A stretch of 63,508 nucleotides of DNA, filler included, from Sanchytrium tribonematis (GCA_018985235.1; 25 parts of 25 records of this genome joined end to end with filler, not necessarily neighbours in it), one strand, 5' to 3'. Positions 9,372 to 19,760 are shown, counted from the whole stretch's first letter. Program-made: numbers and translations. The notes: a model not told the origin generated them from the letters alone.

Positions 9372-10256
9372 ATGAAACATTTAATTAGTCTGAAGAATTT
9401 ACATATCGATGAAATTCGAGAAATTGTCAAATTGGCACATCAGATCAAAGCTGATCCACTAAAATACAAAATCCAGGGCAAAAAGTCTATGGCCATTTAT
9501 TTTGAAAAACCCAGTACAAGAACAAGATTAAGCGCTCATGTTGCATGCTCAAAATTAGATTTGCAACCAATTTCTTTGGATCCAAATGCATTACAACTAG
9601 GTAAAGAAAGCATTAGGGACACGGCTGAAGTTATGTCCAGTATGGTAAACGGAATATTTGCAAGGGCAAGCGATCAATTTTTAATACAATTTGCAAAATA
9701 CTCTAAAATTCCAGTTATTAATGCTTTATCTGAAAAATATCACCCAACTCAAATATTGGCTGATTTGATGACCATGGAGGAGGCTGGAATCAAAAAGAAA
9801 TGCACGGTCGCTTGGATAGGAGACGGAAACAACATTCTGAATTCAATGCTGGTTAGCTATCCACGAATGGGAATACAATTAAAAATTGCCTGTCCACCAG
9901 GATATGGGCCATTAAAAGAAGCTCTTTCACTTTCTAAAAGCTCCGTCTGCCCGCCAATATTTACAAATCCGATGGAAGCAGCAAAAAATGCAGATTTTAT
10001 TATGACAGATGTATTTATCTCTATGGGGCAAGAGGAAGAAAAAACGAAGCGGTTAAATGATTTCAAAGGTTATCAAGTCAATGAAAAATTATTAGCAATA
10101 GCAAAAAGCGATTGTAAATTTATGCACTGCCTTCCTAGAACTTTACATGAGGTCACTGATGATGTATTTTACGGTAAACAATCGTTAGTCTTCGGGCAGG
10201 CTGAGAACAGGCTGCACACTATTCAGGCTGTATTTTATCACTTTTTAAAAGATTAA
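9372..10256 (+). CDS. ARG3: Ornithine carbamoyltransferase
   Basis: STRTR carbamoyl-phosphate motif, HPTQILAD, GDGNN, SMG and HCLP. Confidence 0.95.
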   Translation: MKHLISLKNLHIDEIREIVKLAHQIKADPLKYKIQGKKSMAIYFEKPSTRTRLSAHVACSKLDLQPISLDPNALQLGKESIRDTAEVMSSMVNGIFARASDQFLIQFAKYSKIPVINALSEKYHPTQILADLMTMEEAGIKKKCTVAWIGDGNNILNSMLVSYPRMGIQLKIACPPGYGPLKEALSLSKSSVCPPIFTNPMEAAKNADFIMTDVFISMGQEEEKTKRLNDFKGYQVNEKLLAIAKSDCKFMHCLPRTLHEVTDDVFYGKQSLVFGQAENRLHTIQAVFYHFLKD

Positions 10257-10264
10257 ATAATAAA

Positions 10265-10906
10265 TTAGACTGCATCGCAATTACTGAAAAAGGCCTTGGT
10301 GATTTCATACCAGAAAAAGTCCTGACTGGGTGATTTTCTGGCAAAATTTGGCTGTTTTTTATAATAAAAAATTGCTGCTTCTAATGCCAATTCACTTGTC
10401 AATCCCCATAAACAGTCTTCTTCGTTTAGTTCAAACTGATGGCAGCGTATAATTGTTGATTTGTTGTGTTTAATAGCATTGGGATTTGTTTTGTAAAATT
10501 TAGAATTTTTAACATCCCAATCGTTGTATTGATAGTTGGTCGGCTCTAGCATTAGTTGGAACTCAAAATAATAAATTTTATCCACTTCATCTGGATTCGC
10601 GATGGGTTCAAAAATTTCGCACTTTGCCAAGACAGGATATACAAGAAGACCATGCGCTGAAATACAAGGCTGTAAGACTTGAATAACATCGCATTCAATA
10701 AGTCCAATTTCTTCCTTCGCCTCTCTAATAGCTGTTTCTACTACCGTTGCATCAACTGAATCATGCTTGCCACCAGGAAAGCAGATTTGGCCAGGGTGAC
10801 TTTTTAATTTTGCACTACGTTTTGTCAATAGAATATACTCCTTTCCTTTTTCTATGATTAGAATCAACACAGCAGCCAGTTTTGACTTTAAAATATCGAT
10901 ATTCAT
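10265..10906 (-). CDS. Nudix hydrolase, CoA diphosphatase (PCD1/NUDT7/8-like)
   Basis: LLTKRSAKLKSHPGQICFPGG, Nudix box AIREAKEEIG and LWGLT. Likely ATG at 10906. Confidence 0.88.
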   Translation of the reverse strand: MNIDILKSKLAAVLILIIEKGKEYILLTKRSAKLKSHPGQICFPGGKHDSVDATVVETAIREAKEEIGLIECDVIQVLQPCISAHGLLVYPVLAKCEIFEPIANPDEVDKIYYFEFQLMLEPTNYQYNDWDVKNSKFYKTNPNAIKHNKSTIIRCHQFELNEEDCLWGLTSELALEAAIFYYKKQPNFARKSPSQDFFWYEITKAFFSNCDAV

Positions 10907-10943
10907 CACACAATTACTCCTTTTGTGGCAAAGATTGGGCTTG

Positions 10944-11705
10944 ATGACCACTTTGATAGAAGAAGAGCTAGAATTATGGAAAGATTTTCTTAGCGGTGTT
11001 ATTGGGGGAGTGTCCGGACTAGTTGCTGGCCAGCCTTTTGATGTAATAAAGTGTAAACTACAAGCGACTTCGATGACTTTCAAAGAAACTTATTCAAGTA
11101 TTAAGAAACCATTTGGCTTTTTTAGTGGTATGGCGTCACCTATGTGCGGAGTTGCTGCGATTAATGCTGTTTTGTTTACTGTGTATGGAGGAATGACTGG
11201 ACCAACTCTGTGGGACGTTTATTTTGCAGGTTGTGCGGCAGGTTTTACTCAATCTGTCATCGCAGTTCCAATCGAGCTAACAAAAATCCAGTCGCAAATT
11301 CACGGCAATGGAAGTATATATCACTTTCGAAGAATATTTCGAGAAAAAGGAATTAAAGGATTATATAGAGGATCTTTGGCAACCGTTCTTCGTGATACTC
11401 CGAGCTATGGTATATATTTCGCAGTATATGAAGGGCTATGTAGCGAAAATCCAACGAGCGCTGAAATGCTAATGAATGGCGGACTGGCTGGAATTTTTGG
11501 ATGGATATTTACGTACCCTATTGATGTTGCCAAGACTGTGATCCAAAGTTCTGAGAATCATACTTTTAAATCAATCTGGAATCTTAATCATCCTACGAGG
11601 TGGTACTTTCGGGGATTGACTGCGACACTTTTGCGAGCCATTCCTACAAATGCACTGACTTTCTTTGCGTATTCGCATAGTATGAAATTATTAGAAAATA
11701 TTTGA
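10944..11705 (+). CDS. Mitochondrial carrier (SLC25; carnitine/basic amino acid carrier-like)
   Basis: Three Px(D/E)xxKxxxQ signatures (PFDVIK, PIELTK, PIDVAK), plus RDTP and RAIP. Confidence 0.9.
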   Translation: MTTLIEEELELWKDFLSGVIGGVSGLVAGQPFDVIKCKLQATSMTFKETYSSIKKPFGFFSGMASPMCGVAAINAVLFTVYGGMTGPTLWDVYFAGCAAGFTQSVIAVPIELTKIQSQIHGNGSIYHFRRIFREKGIKGLYRGSLATVLRDTPSYGIYFAVYEGLCSENPTSAEMLMNGGLAGIFGWIFTYPIDVAKTVIQSSENHTFKSIWNLNHPTRWYFRGLTATLLRAIPTNALTFFAYSHSMKLLENI

Positions 11706-11706
11706 T

Positions 11707-12183
11707 TTATTGCGTCTTGCTTTTTGCGATCAATGAGGAACCTAATTTTGCAAAAATCTTTCCGTTGGCTGGTAATAAATATTGCTTATACAATGGCCCC
11801 AAAAACGGTACATGCATGTACAAGTCTCTTAAAGACCAAACTTCCTCAATTTTCACAATTTTGCCACCTCCAAATGTAAAACTAATCAAGGTTCGTAGCA
11901 TCAAAGGAATGAAGAAAAGCTTGTACTTAATCGTGCAGTCAATCGTAACAACATTTTGGTCAGAAGTGATGCTGTGAATAGTAGGTGATGGGCTCAAATA
12001 TCTGGCGACCAATGCGAAAGATGACTGGATGCCTTGTTTGGCATTCAAAGACATGAGTGGATCAGTGTATAAGCAATCGTCATCTAAATGAGCGCTTAAA
12101 GCTCTGGATTGCTCTGCCAAGTCACTTGAGTATAATGCATTGTGTACTGTCTTTGCTTGAGTGCGTTGTTCTGATGCAACCAT
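11707..12183 (-). CDS. SnoaL/NTF2-like fold protein
   Basis: DDDCLYTDPL...KIVKIEEVWS pattern in a 158-aa ORF. Confidence 0.55.
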   Translation of the reverse strand: MVASEQRTQAKTVHNALYSSDLAEQSRALSAHLDDDCLYTDPLMSLNAKQGIQSSFALVARYLSPSPTIHSITSDQNVVTIDCTIKYKLFFIPLMLRTLISFTFGGGKIVKIEEVWSLRDLYMHVPFLGPLYKQYLLPANGKIFAKLGSSLIAKSKTQ

Positions 12184-12402
12184 TCTTGTTTTAAAGGAGC
12201 AAAACTATTGATATGGCTTTCAGGTCGTTAGGGGCTAATAGATTTCAATGTGCACTGGCGTAAAACTTTGACTAGTCTGATTTAGTCATATTTGAAATTC
12301 TGTCAGATACATGGAATTCCGAGCTAGTTCAAAAAACAAAATCATGATTTGGGTCAAGAGTAATCAGAAATTGTAAGCTGAATGGACGTCCATTGAAACA
12401 AG

Positions 12403-13026
12403 ATGTTTGTTTATCTTTACCTGGCTTTCGGGATAATTCTGGTTACTAAACTAAATCATGAAGGTCTCCATGTTCTCATATATCAAATCCAATATGCAGT
12501 TGTAGCCTTAATCTCCCTTATTTTGTGTATCATGATAAAAAAATCTAATCCGGGATTCCTTGGAAATCCAATAGTCCGGGTTAAATCAAATTCGCTCTCA
12601 GATCTTAAAGATAGTCTACTGGCGAAAAGGCCAAAGAAAATCAATTTTGTATTGCCCTTAACAGATCAAGACCAAAAATTTGAAAATTACTGTGCCATAT
12701 GTCGGACTTTCAAAAATGACAAGGTGTATCATTGCAATCAAGTTGGAAGATGTGTGGAGCAATTCGACCACTTCTGTTTTTTGTTTGAAAATGCAATTGG
12801 AAAGAATAATTATAATTTGTTTCTTTTTACCTTGATTGTTCTAGACGTAATTGTTTTATGGACGATAGTAATATTTAGAGATTACAGAAATGGATTTGAA
12901 TTGGCTGCGTTTATTTCTTTATTGTTTTGCGGATTATTCTCTTTTGCGTTAACTGGATTTCACTGCTATTTAAAATTAAGTAAGAAGCGAACTGTAGATA
13001 TACTGCTAAGTAATAAAGTAAAATGA
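12403..13026 (+). CDS. DHHC-family palmitoyltransferase-like protein (DHFC variant)
   Basis: YCAIC...HCNQVGRCVEQFDHFC...NAIGKNN cysteine-rich domain between TM segments. Confidence 0.8.
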   Translation: MFVYLYLAFGIILVTKLNHEGLHVLIYQIQYAVVALISLILCIMIKKSNPGFLGNPIVRVKSNSLSDLKDSLLAKRPKKINFVLPLTDQDQKFENYCAICRTFKNDKVYHCNQVGRCVEQFDHFCFLFENAIGKNNYNLFLFTLIVLDVIVLWTIVIFRDYRNGFELAAFISLLFCGLFSFALTGFHCYLKLSKKRTVDILLSNKVK

Positions 13027-13034
13027 TTCTTAAT

Positions 13035-13478
13035 TTATTGCACAGGGCACTCTTTTCTTTTAACATCAAATATGTTAAACCCAGATTTAGATTTTTTCGG
13101 AACACATTTGTGATCCATAGGATGTCGATGAGTAAGACATAATTCTAGCCTACAGTCTTTGCACGTAGTGGTTACAGACTTTTTTTGCTTACAGAATTGG
13201 CACTGTTTTACGTTAATAGAGTCTGTTTTTTGACATTTGTTTCTAATGTGCTGTTCCACACGGATATTTGGGTCTTCTCCTTGTGGAATGGCTACGGGAT
13301 TACCGCAAACCATGCACTTGATAGTGCGATTTGTATTTTTAATCTGATTTGGACAATCATGAGATTTAAAATGTTCATCACAGTAATTATTCTTACAAGA
13401 ATAACAAGAAAACGGGAGAAAGTCAATTTTAAGACACTCTCCAACAATACATCGTTTCCCTACAGTCAAGACAGACAT
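13035..13478 (-). CDS. AN1-type zinc finger protein (ZFAND2/Cuz1-like)
   Basis: GKRC...C.KIDFLPFSC..C...YCDEH, and a second AN1 finger CLTHRHPMDHKC. Confidence 0.88.
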   Translation of the reverse strand: MSVLTVGKRCIVGECLKIDFLPFSCYSCKNNYCDEHFKSHDCPNQIKNTNRTIKCMVCGNPVAIPQGEDPNIRVEQHIRNKCQKTDSINVKQCQFCKQKKSVTTTCKDCRLELCLTHRHPMDHKCVPKKSKSGFNIFDVKRKECPVQ

Positions 13479-13669
13479 CAATCTGTTTCACGTGCTGAGT
13501 TTTATTTTAACAAAAGTTGAACATTCCAGAAAAGATTGGAAATTAAAACAGAGCTCTGTGTCCAATCAAAGACTGCAGATGTGTTATTTTTCCCTGAGTT
13601 CAGACCTTTATACAGAGATTTTCGACATAAAAGGAGCGCACGGTATGGTATCCAACAACAATAATTCAA

Positions 13670-13903
13670 ATGGAATCCGCAATGATAGTTATGAGAAGCA
13701 AAAAAAATTGTGACACCTTACAAAAGACGGTGATGATGCGTAATACGATTGATAAAGTGTCTCGGGAGCACCCTCTGCAATTTTTAAGCCACCAGGGAGT
13801 TAGTCCAAGTGTCATGCATAGATATGTTGCGAAAATGATAAGAAATGGACAAACAACATTAGACTACGTTGGGAAAGATTTAGAATATTTGCAAAGTCTT
13901 TAA
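13670..13903 (+). CDS. Small hypothetical protein
   Basis: 77-aa ATG ORF ending in TAAATAAA and filling a gap in a gene-dense region. Confidence 0.35.
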   Translation: MESAMIVMRSKKNCDTLQKTVMMRNTIDKVSREHPLQFLSHQGVSPSVMHRYVAKMIRNGQTTLDYVGKDLEYLQSL

Positions 13904-14084
13904 ATAAATTCATATCAGGATGATAACGCATTTGTTTTGTTGTATACCCATTTTACAAATATAACAACTGTCAGTTTCTTACTCGAATGCCAATACAGTC
14001 TAAGTTGTTCTTGTTTCATTAAATAAAGTGCCCCAGTTGCTCTTGTTATTTTATGTAGTTGGTTCTCATAATTTATTCCAAAAC

Positions 14085-14439
14085 ATGGAGGTCTCTTCAG
14101 AAAACCCAGCCAATGCTAACAATAGCACCAATGATGACCCTGCAAAACACATTTATTATAGTCCCAAAGTTTATGACGATATATATGAGTATAGACAGGT
14201 TCATTTACCCAAAAAGCTATTTAACCATTTGCCACCAGAATTTCAAGGTTTTTTTGATTTACTTAGACCCGACATCAAGACCAGGTAAAATTAAGCCAAG
14301 GCTGTTATCTGAGGAAGAATTACGCTCAATTGGGGTACAGCAATCAACAGGATGGATAAATTTTGGCATCCATAATCCTGAACCACATATTCTTTTATTT
14401 CGTAGGAAACACAATGGCAACCGAGAAATCTCAAAGTAA
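14085..14439 (+). CDS. CKS1: Cyclin-dependent kinase regulatory subunit (2 exons: 14085-14247, 14267-14439)
   Basis: IYYSPK..DD.YEYR.V.LPK in exon 1 and LLSEEE.R.IGVQQS.GW...[11 protein letters not shown] in exon 2, joined by removing a 19-nt intron. Confidence 0.92.
14248..14266 (+). other. 19-nt spliceosomal intron
   Basis: GTTTTTTTGATTTACTTAG. Removal joins the two halves of CKS1 in frame. Confidence 0.88.
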
Positions 14440-14468
14440 ACAGTATGCTATTTATTGATTCATTACTA

Positions 14469-14933
14469 CTATATGAGGTATAATTTTCGCTCTTTGAACT
14501 TTTTTGTAGTTTGCCAAGCAGATGCAAATATTATAATTATTGAACTCAGGAGTGTCAATTGAACAGAAACTATGTACATTGCAATTAATTTGTTGTTTTT
14601 TGGAACATCGGGTATATAAAATGCAATTTTCTTGTACATCACATCCAAATGGAACAAGTAGAAGTACAAGAAGATTTCCAAAAACACAACAACAAATAAC
14701 ATTGCCCATTTTTCAAAATGGATATAATAGGGATCATAAAGATGGTGCCACGTCAAGGCACTACTGAAAAGTATTAATATAACAAAATATAGCCAATTAT
14801 TTGGTAAATGGAATAGGTATAAGCCGATGTTAAACATTGTATATCCAAATAAGGACCACTTTCTATGAAGTTCCATTTCAAGTGGCAAGGTGTCGAAAGT
14901 CCTTTTATGAAAACACATTGGCGATTTGTGCAT
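14469..14933 (-). CDS. Small multi-pass membrane protein
   Basis: About 4 hydrophobic segments. No family recognised. Confidence 0.45.
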   Translation of the reverse strand: MHKSPMCFHKRTFDTLPLEMELHRKWSLFGYTMFNIGLYLFHLPNNWLYFVILILFSSALTWHHLYDPYYIHFEKWAMLFVVVFLEIFLYFYLFHLDVMYKKIAFYIPDVPKNNKLIAMYIVSVQLTLLSSIIIIFASAWQTTKKFKERKLYLI

Positions 14934-15139
14934 ACTCAAAAGCTACACTTTTGATAACAATGGCAGAGTCGGTCGAATAAATAATTCCATTTTCACAAGT
15001 CGGCAAAATTGAGGTGCTCAATTGGAACAAAATCGCGTAATCGTTTGTCCAATATTTTCATGATGAAGGACAATTCGACTTTGCTCAAAATGTTTGAAGT
15101 GCACTTGATTAAAAATGAAGAGACAAAAAACTCAAATAT

Positions 15140-16603
15140 TTACTTCTTTTTGATTGACTGTTCATGGACATCCTGTGCTCTTCCACTCGGGTCAGCATCA
15201 CATCCCTATATTAAAATCCAATACCCAGTCTACTCTTGGTACCCACAAATCTACACTTTCACAGCAACAAGGCTGAGGAAATAATTGTTCAAATAGCATA
15301 CGATACCAGTAGCCTTCTTTAGTTGTTGGAGTATCATGCGAGAATCGGATATGTCGATTTTTGAAGACTGCATCCGTAATTTTCTTGTTTGCGACTTCTT
15401 TTAGAGTATCAATCCATGAGTATCCCACTCCGTCACTAAACTGTTCCTTCTGACGATAGAGTACATTTTGAGGCAAAAAAGGATCATCTGGAGTATCGAA
15501 CGCTTTTCTTAAAATGTATTTTTCCATTCGTTCCTTTGAATGCATTTTTTCAGATGGTTCGATAGTCATTGACAAGTCCAAAAATGATTTATCAAGAAAA
15601 GGAACTCGAGCTTCAACTCCCCAAGCCATGGTTGATTTGTTTGCTCTCAAACAGTCGGAAGAATGAAGGTTGTTCACTCTAGTGACCAACTCTTTTTGCA
15701 AATCTTCGGCGGATGGAGCTTTGTTAAAATACAAATAACCACCAAATACTTCGTCGCTTCCTTCTCCACTAAGTACCATTTTGACGCCATGTGCTTTAAT
15801 TTTTCTAGACATTAGGTACATTGGAGTGCTTGCTCTTATTGTGGTAACATCGTAGGTTTCCAAATGATAAATTACATCACGAATTGCATCAATACCATCT
15901 TGAAGTGTGTATGTGAAAGCATGATGCTTTGTGTGCAAATATTCACTTACTTGTTGAGCTGCTTTTAGATCAGGGGATCCTACAAGCCCTACCGAGAAAG
16001 TGTGAAGCTGATCTGAATAGAGGGATTCGATATTTTCGTTGAATGGACTAGTGGATAGTTTTCCATTTTTGTGATCTCTTAACAATCTACATACAATTGC
16101 ACATATTAGCGAACTGTCAAGACCACCGCTTAAAAGAACTCCAAATGGAACCTGACACATTAATCTTTTCTTAACACTATCAATCAGACTTTCTCTCAGA
16201 ATGTCTAGGTCCAATTTGTTGAATTTTTTAGTTGTTAGCCAATGAGGATTGAAATACTTCACAATATTTTCACTCGAGTCTGTGTGTTTGTTATCATGCT
16301 CCAGATAACTTCCAGGCGGAAAAGCTATAATCCTATCACTGATCTGGTTTAAACCTTTCAATTCGCTACTTAAATAGTATTCATTGTCATTGTAGTTATA
16401 GCTTAAATATAATGGTGTAATTCCAATTGGGTCCCTGGCAGCAAAAGTTCGTTTCTTTTCTTTATCATATAAAATGAAAGAAAACATTCCATCCAGTTCA
16501 TTCATCATTAAATTTAAACCGTCTTTTTGATCCTTGTAATGCTCGTATAAATATATAATAATATGACAATCGCTTGAGAGTTCATCTTTGATCTTGTATT
16601 TAT
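15140..16603 (-). CDS. Glutamine-dependent asparagine synthetase (5'-partial; last exon 15205-15140)
   Basis: LDGMF, ARDPIGITPLY, LLSGGLDSS, LETYDVTTIRASTPM and SGEGSDE. After the intron it continues WGCDADPSGRAQDVH. Confidence 0.95.
15206..15224 (-). other. 19-nt spliceosomal intron
   Basis: GTATTGGATTTTAATATAG. Removal restores the conserved DWGC..DPSGRA terminus. Confidence 0.9.
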
Positions 16604-16703
16604 NNNNNNNNNNNNNNNNNNNNNNNNNNNNNNNNNNNNNNNNNNNNTTAATTAATTAANNNNNNNNNNNNNNNNNNNNNNNNNNNNNNNNNNNNNNNNN
16701 NNN
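16604..16703. other. Artificial contig spacer (first of 24)
   Basis: N44-TTAATTAATTAA-N44, with stops in all frames. Others start at 17944, 19281, 20618, 21954, 23287, 24617, 25943, 27269, 28594, 45202, 46522, 47841, 49159, 50476, 51791, 53100, 54408, 55714, 57017, 58319, 59618, 60917 and 62214. Confidence 0.99.
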
Positions 16704-16900
16704 CCATTTAACTTCATATTGCTCCAATTGATTTGAGTCACTCTATTTAAATTATTGCATGTCAATCCAGATGCCAAACAACAATTTGTATTAAGTTGAT
16801 TCCAAACCGTAAAATTCACGAGATGCATATTCAATCCTAAAGCGAATTGTAGCACGTCTGGACAATCAATAGATACCGCACGTATTAAAGTCAAAAACAT
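16704..16900 (-). CDS. N-terminus of an LRR receptor-like protein (3'-truncated)
   Basis: Short signal peptide, then the cap DCPDVLQFALGLNM...NCCLASGLTC...RVTQINWSNMKLN, the same cap as in 1-1503. Confidence 0.75.
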
Positions 16901-17031
16901 TGGCACTGGGGATTTGTCGAGTTTTTGATAGAAATATGAAGAATTGATTGGTGAAATTGTAGAATGTTCTAATGCTAGTCAAATAAAGTATTAGATACAT
17001 GTGCCATCTCTTATGATCAATATTTATTAAA

Positions 17032-17943
17032 TCAATAGAGTAATTGAGTTCTTGAAGTTGTTTTGATTGTTTTCATTTTTCGAAATGGTGTTTTAGTGAC
17101 GACATAGACAATGACAAGGAAACTAATTAGTATTCTTAGGACTAAAGACAGCGTTATTGTTATTGGAGATATAATTGTTTCAAAATGAGTAGATATATTG
17201 GGACTTTTAGTGGTAGTTTGTAAATTAACAAGGGTGCATCTTATCAGAATAGATTCTGTTGCTTTTAAAGTCATTCTGGTTGATGGTGTGATGATATTTC
17301 TAGTCACTATAGAACGAAGATGTGGGAAAGCATCAAGAGACTCAATTAATTCGGAGGAAACAAGTGGCAAATCAATAGATTTTTCATATGATGATTCAAC
17401 AGAGGTTTTTGAAGCATCTAGATAAGTATATGCATCTGTTCTTGTTGGAGTACCAATAATAGCAATAGTCGATGAGCTTTTTAAACTAGTCCAACTCAAT
17501 GAATATAATCCATTTTGAGAACAAATACTAGGAGATGGCAAATTAGAGACATCTGCTAATGGATTATTACCAATATCACATTTGTTTGCCAATATAGCAG
17601 AATAATCAGTGATTTTTAAGCCTGTAAACAAATTATCACTGATAAATAATTGTCTGGGTCTATTTGCACTAAATGTCCCAGTGAATTGGTTGCCATAGAC
17701 ATAAATAGATGTTAAAGTACTTGGCATTGTAGGTAGCTTCCCCGTAAATAAGTTATTACCTACTCCTAATTGCTGCAAATTACTTGGTAAATTCGCAATA
17801 TTTCCAGTTAACAAATTATTGCCAAGATACAATTGTTGAAAGATTGCAGGGAAGTTAGGGACTGTACCAGTTAACGTGTTGTAATTGACTCCAAACTCAA
17901 TCATGTTAGTGGGATAATTCAATGGCAAAGAACCAGATAATCG
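17032..17943 (-). CDS. LRR receptor-like membrane protein (5'-partial)
   Basis: LRRs (LQQLGVGNNLFTGKLP), C-cap CDIGNNPL, S/T stalk and TM (LVLRILISFLVIVYVV). Confidence 0.8.
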   Translation of the reverse strand, partial: RLSGSLPLNYPTNMIEFGVNYNTLTGTVPNFPAIFQQLYLGNNLLTGNIANLPSNLQQLGVGNNLFTGKLPTMPSTLTSIYVYGNQFTGTFSANRPRQLFISDNLFTGLKITDYSAILANKCDIGNNPLADVSNLPSPSICSQNGLYSLSWTSLKSSSTIAIIGTPTRTDAYTYLDASKTSVESSYEKSIDLPLVSSELIESLDAFPHLRSIVTRNIITPSTRMTLKATESILIRCTLVNLQTTTKSPNISTHFETIISPITITLSLVLRILISFLVIVYVVTKTPFRKMKTIKTTSRTQLLY

Positions 17944-18509
17944 NNNNNNNNNNNNNNNNNNNNNNNNNNNNNNNNNNNNNNNNNNNNTTAATTAATTAAN
18001 NNNNNNNNNNNNNNNNNNNNNNNNNNNNNNNNNNNNNNNNNNNTTTCAATCTTGAATCTTCTTACAAATTTCCCCTAAATTTTAAGATTCAATCCGGATT
18101 GATTCCGGTACAGCCTCAATGGCCATAAATGGGTAAATTTAGGGAATCTTTAGATTGACGCATCACATTGTCAATTAAATAGACATCCCATTTATCCATG
18201 TTATAGAGTCTATACCAGCTCAAATTCACCCTACCACATAATTTTGAAATGTCGATCGATAATTACTTAATTCATATATTCACTAGTTAATTCAATGTTT
18301 TCTTCTTGTGCTTCAAATCCAGGAACCTTTGCATCAAAAGTTTCCTTATCTTTGTGCAACTTCGAACTTTTCTGCAGTCATTGAGTATGTTGTTCCATTT
18401 AATATGCATTTACAACATTAGACCAAACTAAAAAGCACTTAAATGATTCAATGAATTTTGAACCTAAGTAATATAAAATTATCTATAACATTTGCTTTTG
18501 ACATATGTA

Positions 18510-18890
18510 ATTCCTCAATGTTTCAGTCAAACAACAAGTTTTTAAATTTTTTTCGATAATTTCAGGAGTAACTTTTGCCCATTCACAGACAATCCAGTCT
18601 CTTAATTTTACAATTACTGATCTTTGGCTTGTTTGGGTCTACTTGAAATTCATTCAATTGTTCATCATAGAAGTCTAAAATTGATTTTAATCAAACCAAC
18701 AACTGCAAGTTGGCAATAGCCTTTTGTTTTTGCTGGAACTTATTATGGAGGTATGAATCAATTTTCGATCCAGTATGAGCGCTTGCTTGATTCCAAACTA
18801 ACAATATCCATGTATTTCTTTTATAATTCTTGAGTAACCCAACCTTTTTTCGTATAACCGACAATCTTGTTTGTGGGGTTTTCAAATGTC
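18510..18890 (-). mobile_element. Degenerate pogo/CENP-B-type (DDE_1) transposase relic
   Basis: ILLVWNQASAH (cf. LLVWDxxxAH), LQLLV* (cf. LQPLD), then RDWIVCEWAKVTPEIIEKNLKTCCL (cf. WIxxAWxxVxxxxIxxSFKKCG). In-frame stop present. Boundaries approximate. Confidence 0.6.
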
Positions 18891-19760
18891 AAAGGATTAA
18901 GACTATCTATCAGGGAAGTCAAAACATGCTTTGACTTGCTAAAAAGTCTTTCACAAATGAGGTTGGGTTTAAATGAGATAAATCTATATTGGCTTTCAAA
19001 ATTCTTTTTTTTGGTTTGTACTTGCTTTTAAAGCTTGTTGAACAAAATTTAATTCAGAACTGCTTGGTTCGCTAACAATTTCAAATGATGGGCTTAAACG
19101 AAAAAGCTGGACAGTAAGGTTTTAGTTTAAATTTTATACTACGTATAATAAGTTCTCGTTTAAAATTTTATTTGAATTGACTCAAATCTTACACCTAATG
19201 CTACATATGCGAGTTGTGTTGATATTTGTAAGATTTGATTTTCCTAATAATTTTTAAAACATGAATTTTGTTGGCGATGANNNNNNNNNNNNNNNNNNNN
19301 NNNNNNNNNNNNNNNNNNNNNNNNTTAATTAATTAANNNNNNNNNNNNNNNNNNNNNNNNNNNNNNNNNNNNNNNNNNNNTTAAATCTTTTTGACTGCAC
19401 TTTGTTAAAAGTGAATTTGTTAAATCTGCACAATTCGAACAATAACTGGATCTTATGGCAGAATTTGGAATAGAATTAGAATTTATACATGTAAGCGCAG
19501 CGATATATGCAGTGGAACAAGTATTTGAGAGTGAAGAAGTTGTCATGTTATAAAATTTGGAGCAACTTTTTCTTTATTTTATTACTGACCAATCACAGAA
19601 TAAAGTGATAAACTGCAAGGTAATTATCTGATTGCAAATATACAATTGGAAGGATAAAATTAGATAATCTTGCCCAAAATCAAAATTAATCCAGAGAATT
19701 GAGAGCAAAATCGTTGTAGTCAGAATATTGATATCATTTCTTATCTAATTTCCAATCTAT

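Noticed and set aside
10854..11083. Apparent 230-nt antisense overlap of the Nudix and carrier ORFs (similarly 34367-34441)
   Set aside because: It results from ORF-caller extension. Homology begins at the downstream ATGs (10906 and 10944; 34405 and 34442).
9372..11705. Arginine-pathway cluster (OTC plus a possible ornithine carrier)
   Set aside because: Carrier specificity cannot be assigned from sequence alone, and the intervening Nudix gene is unrelated.
14221..14290. Programmed ribosomal frameshift at the T run in CKS1
   Set aside because: A 19-nt GT-AG intron matching the consensus of ten other cases explains the frame change.
16604..16703. Regularly recurring TTAATTAATTAA flanked by N runs, resembling a repeat array
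   Set aside because: It is an identical 100-nt artificial linker with stops in all frames. Contig lengths decrease monotonically, so gene adjacency across linkers has no biological meaning.
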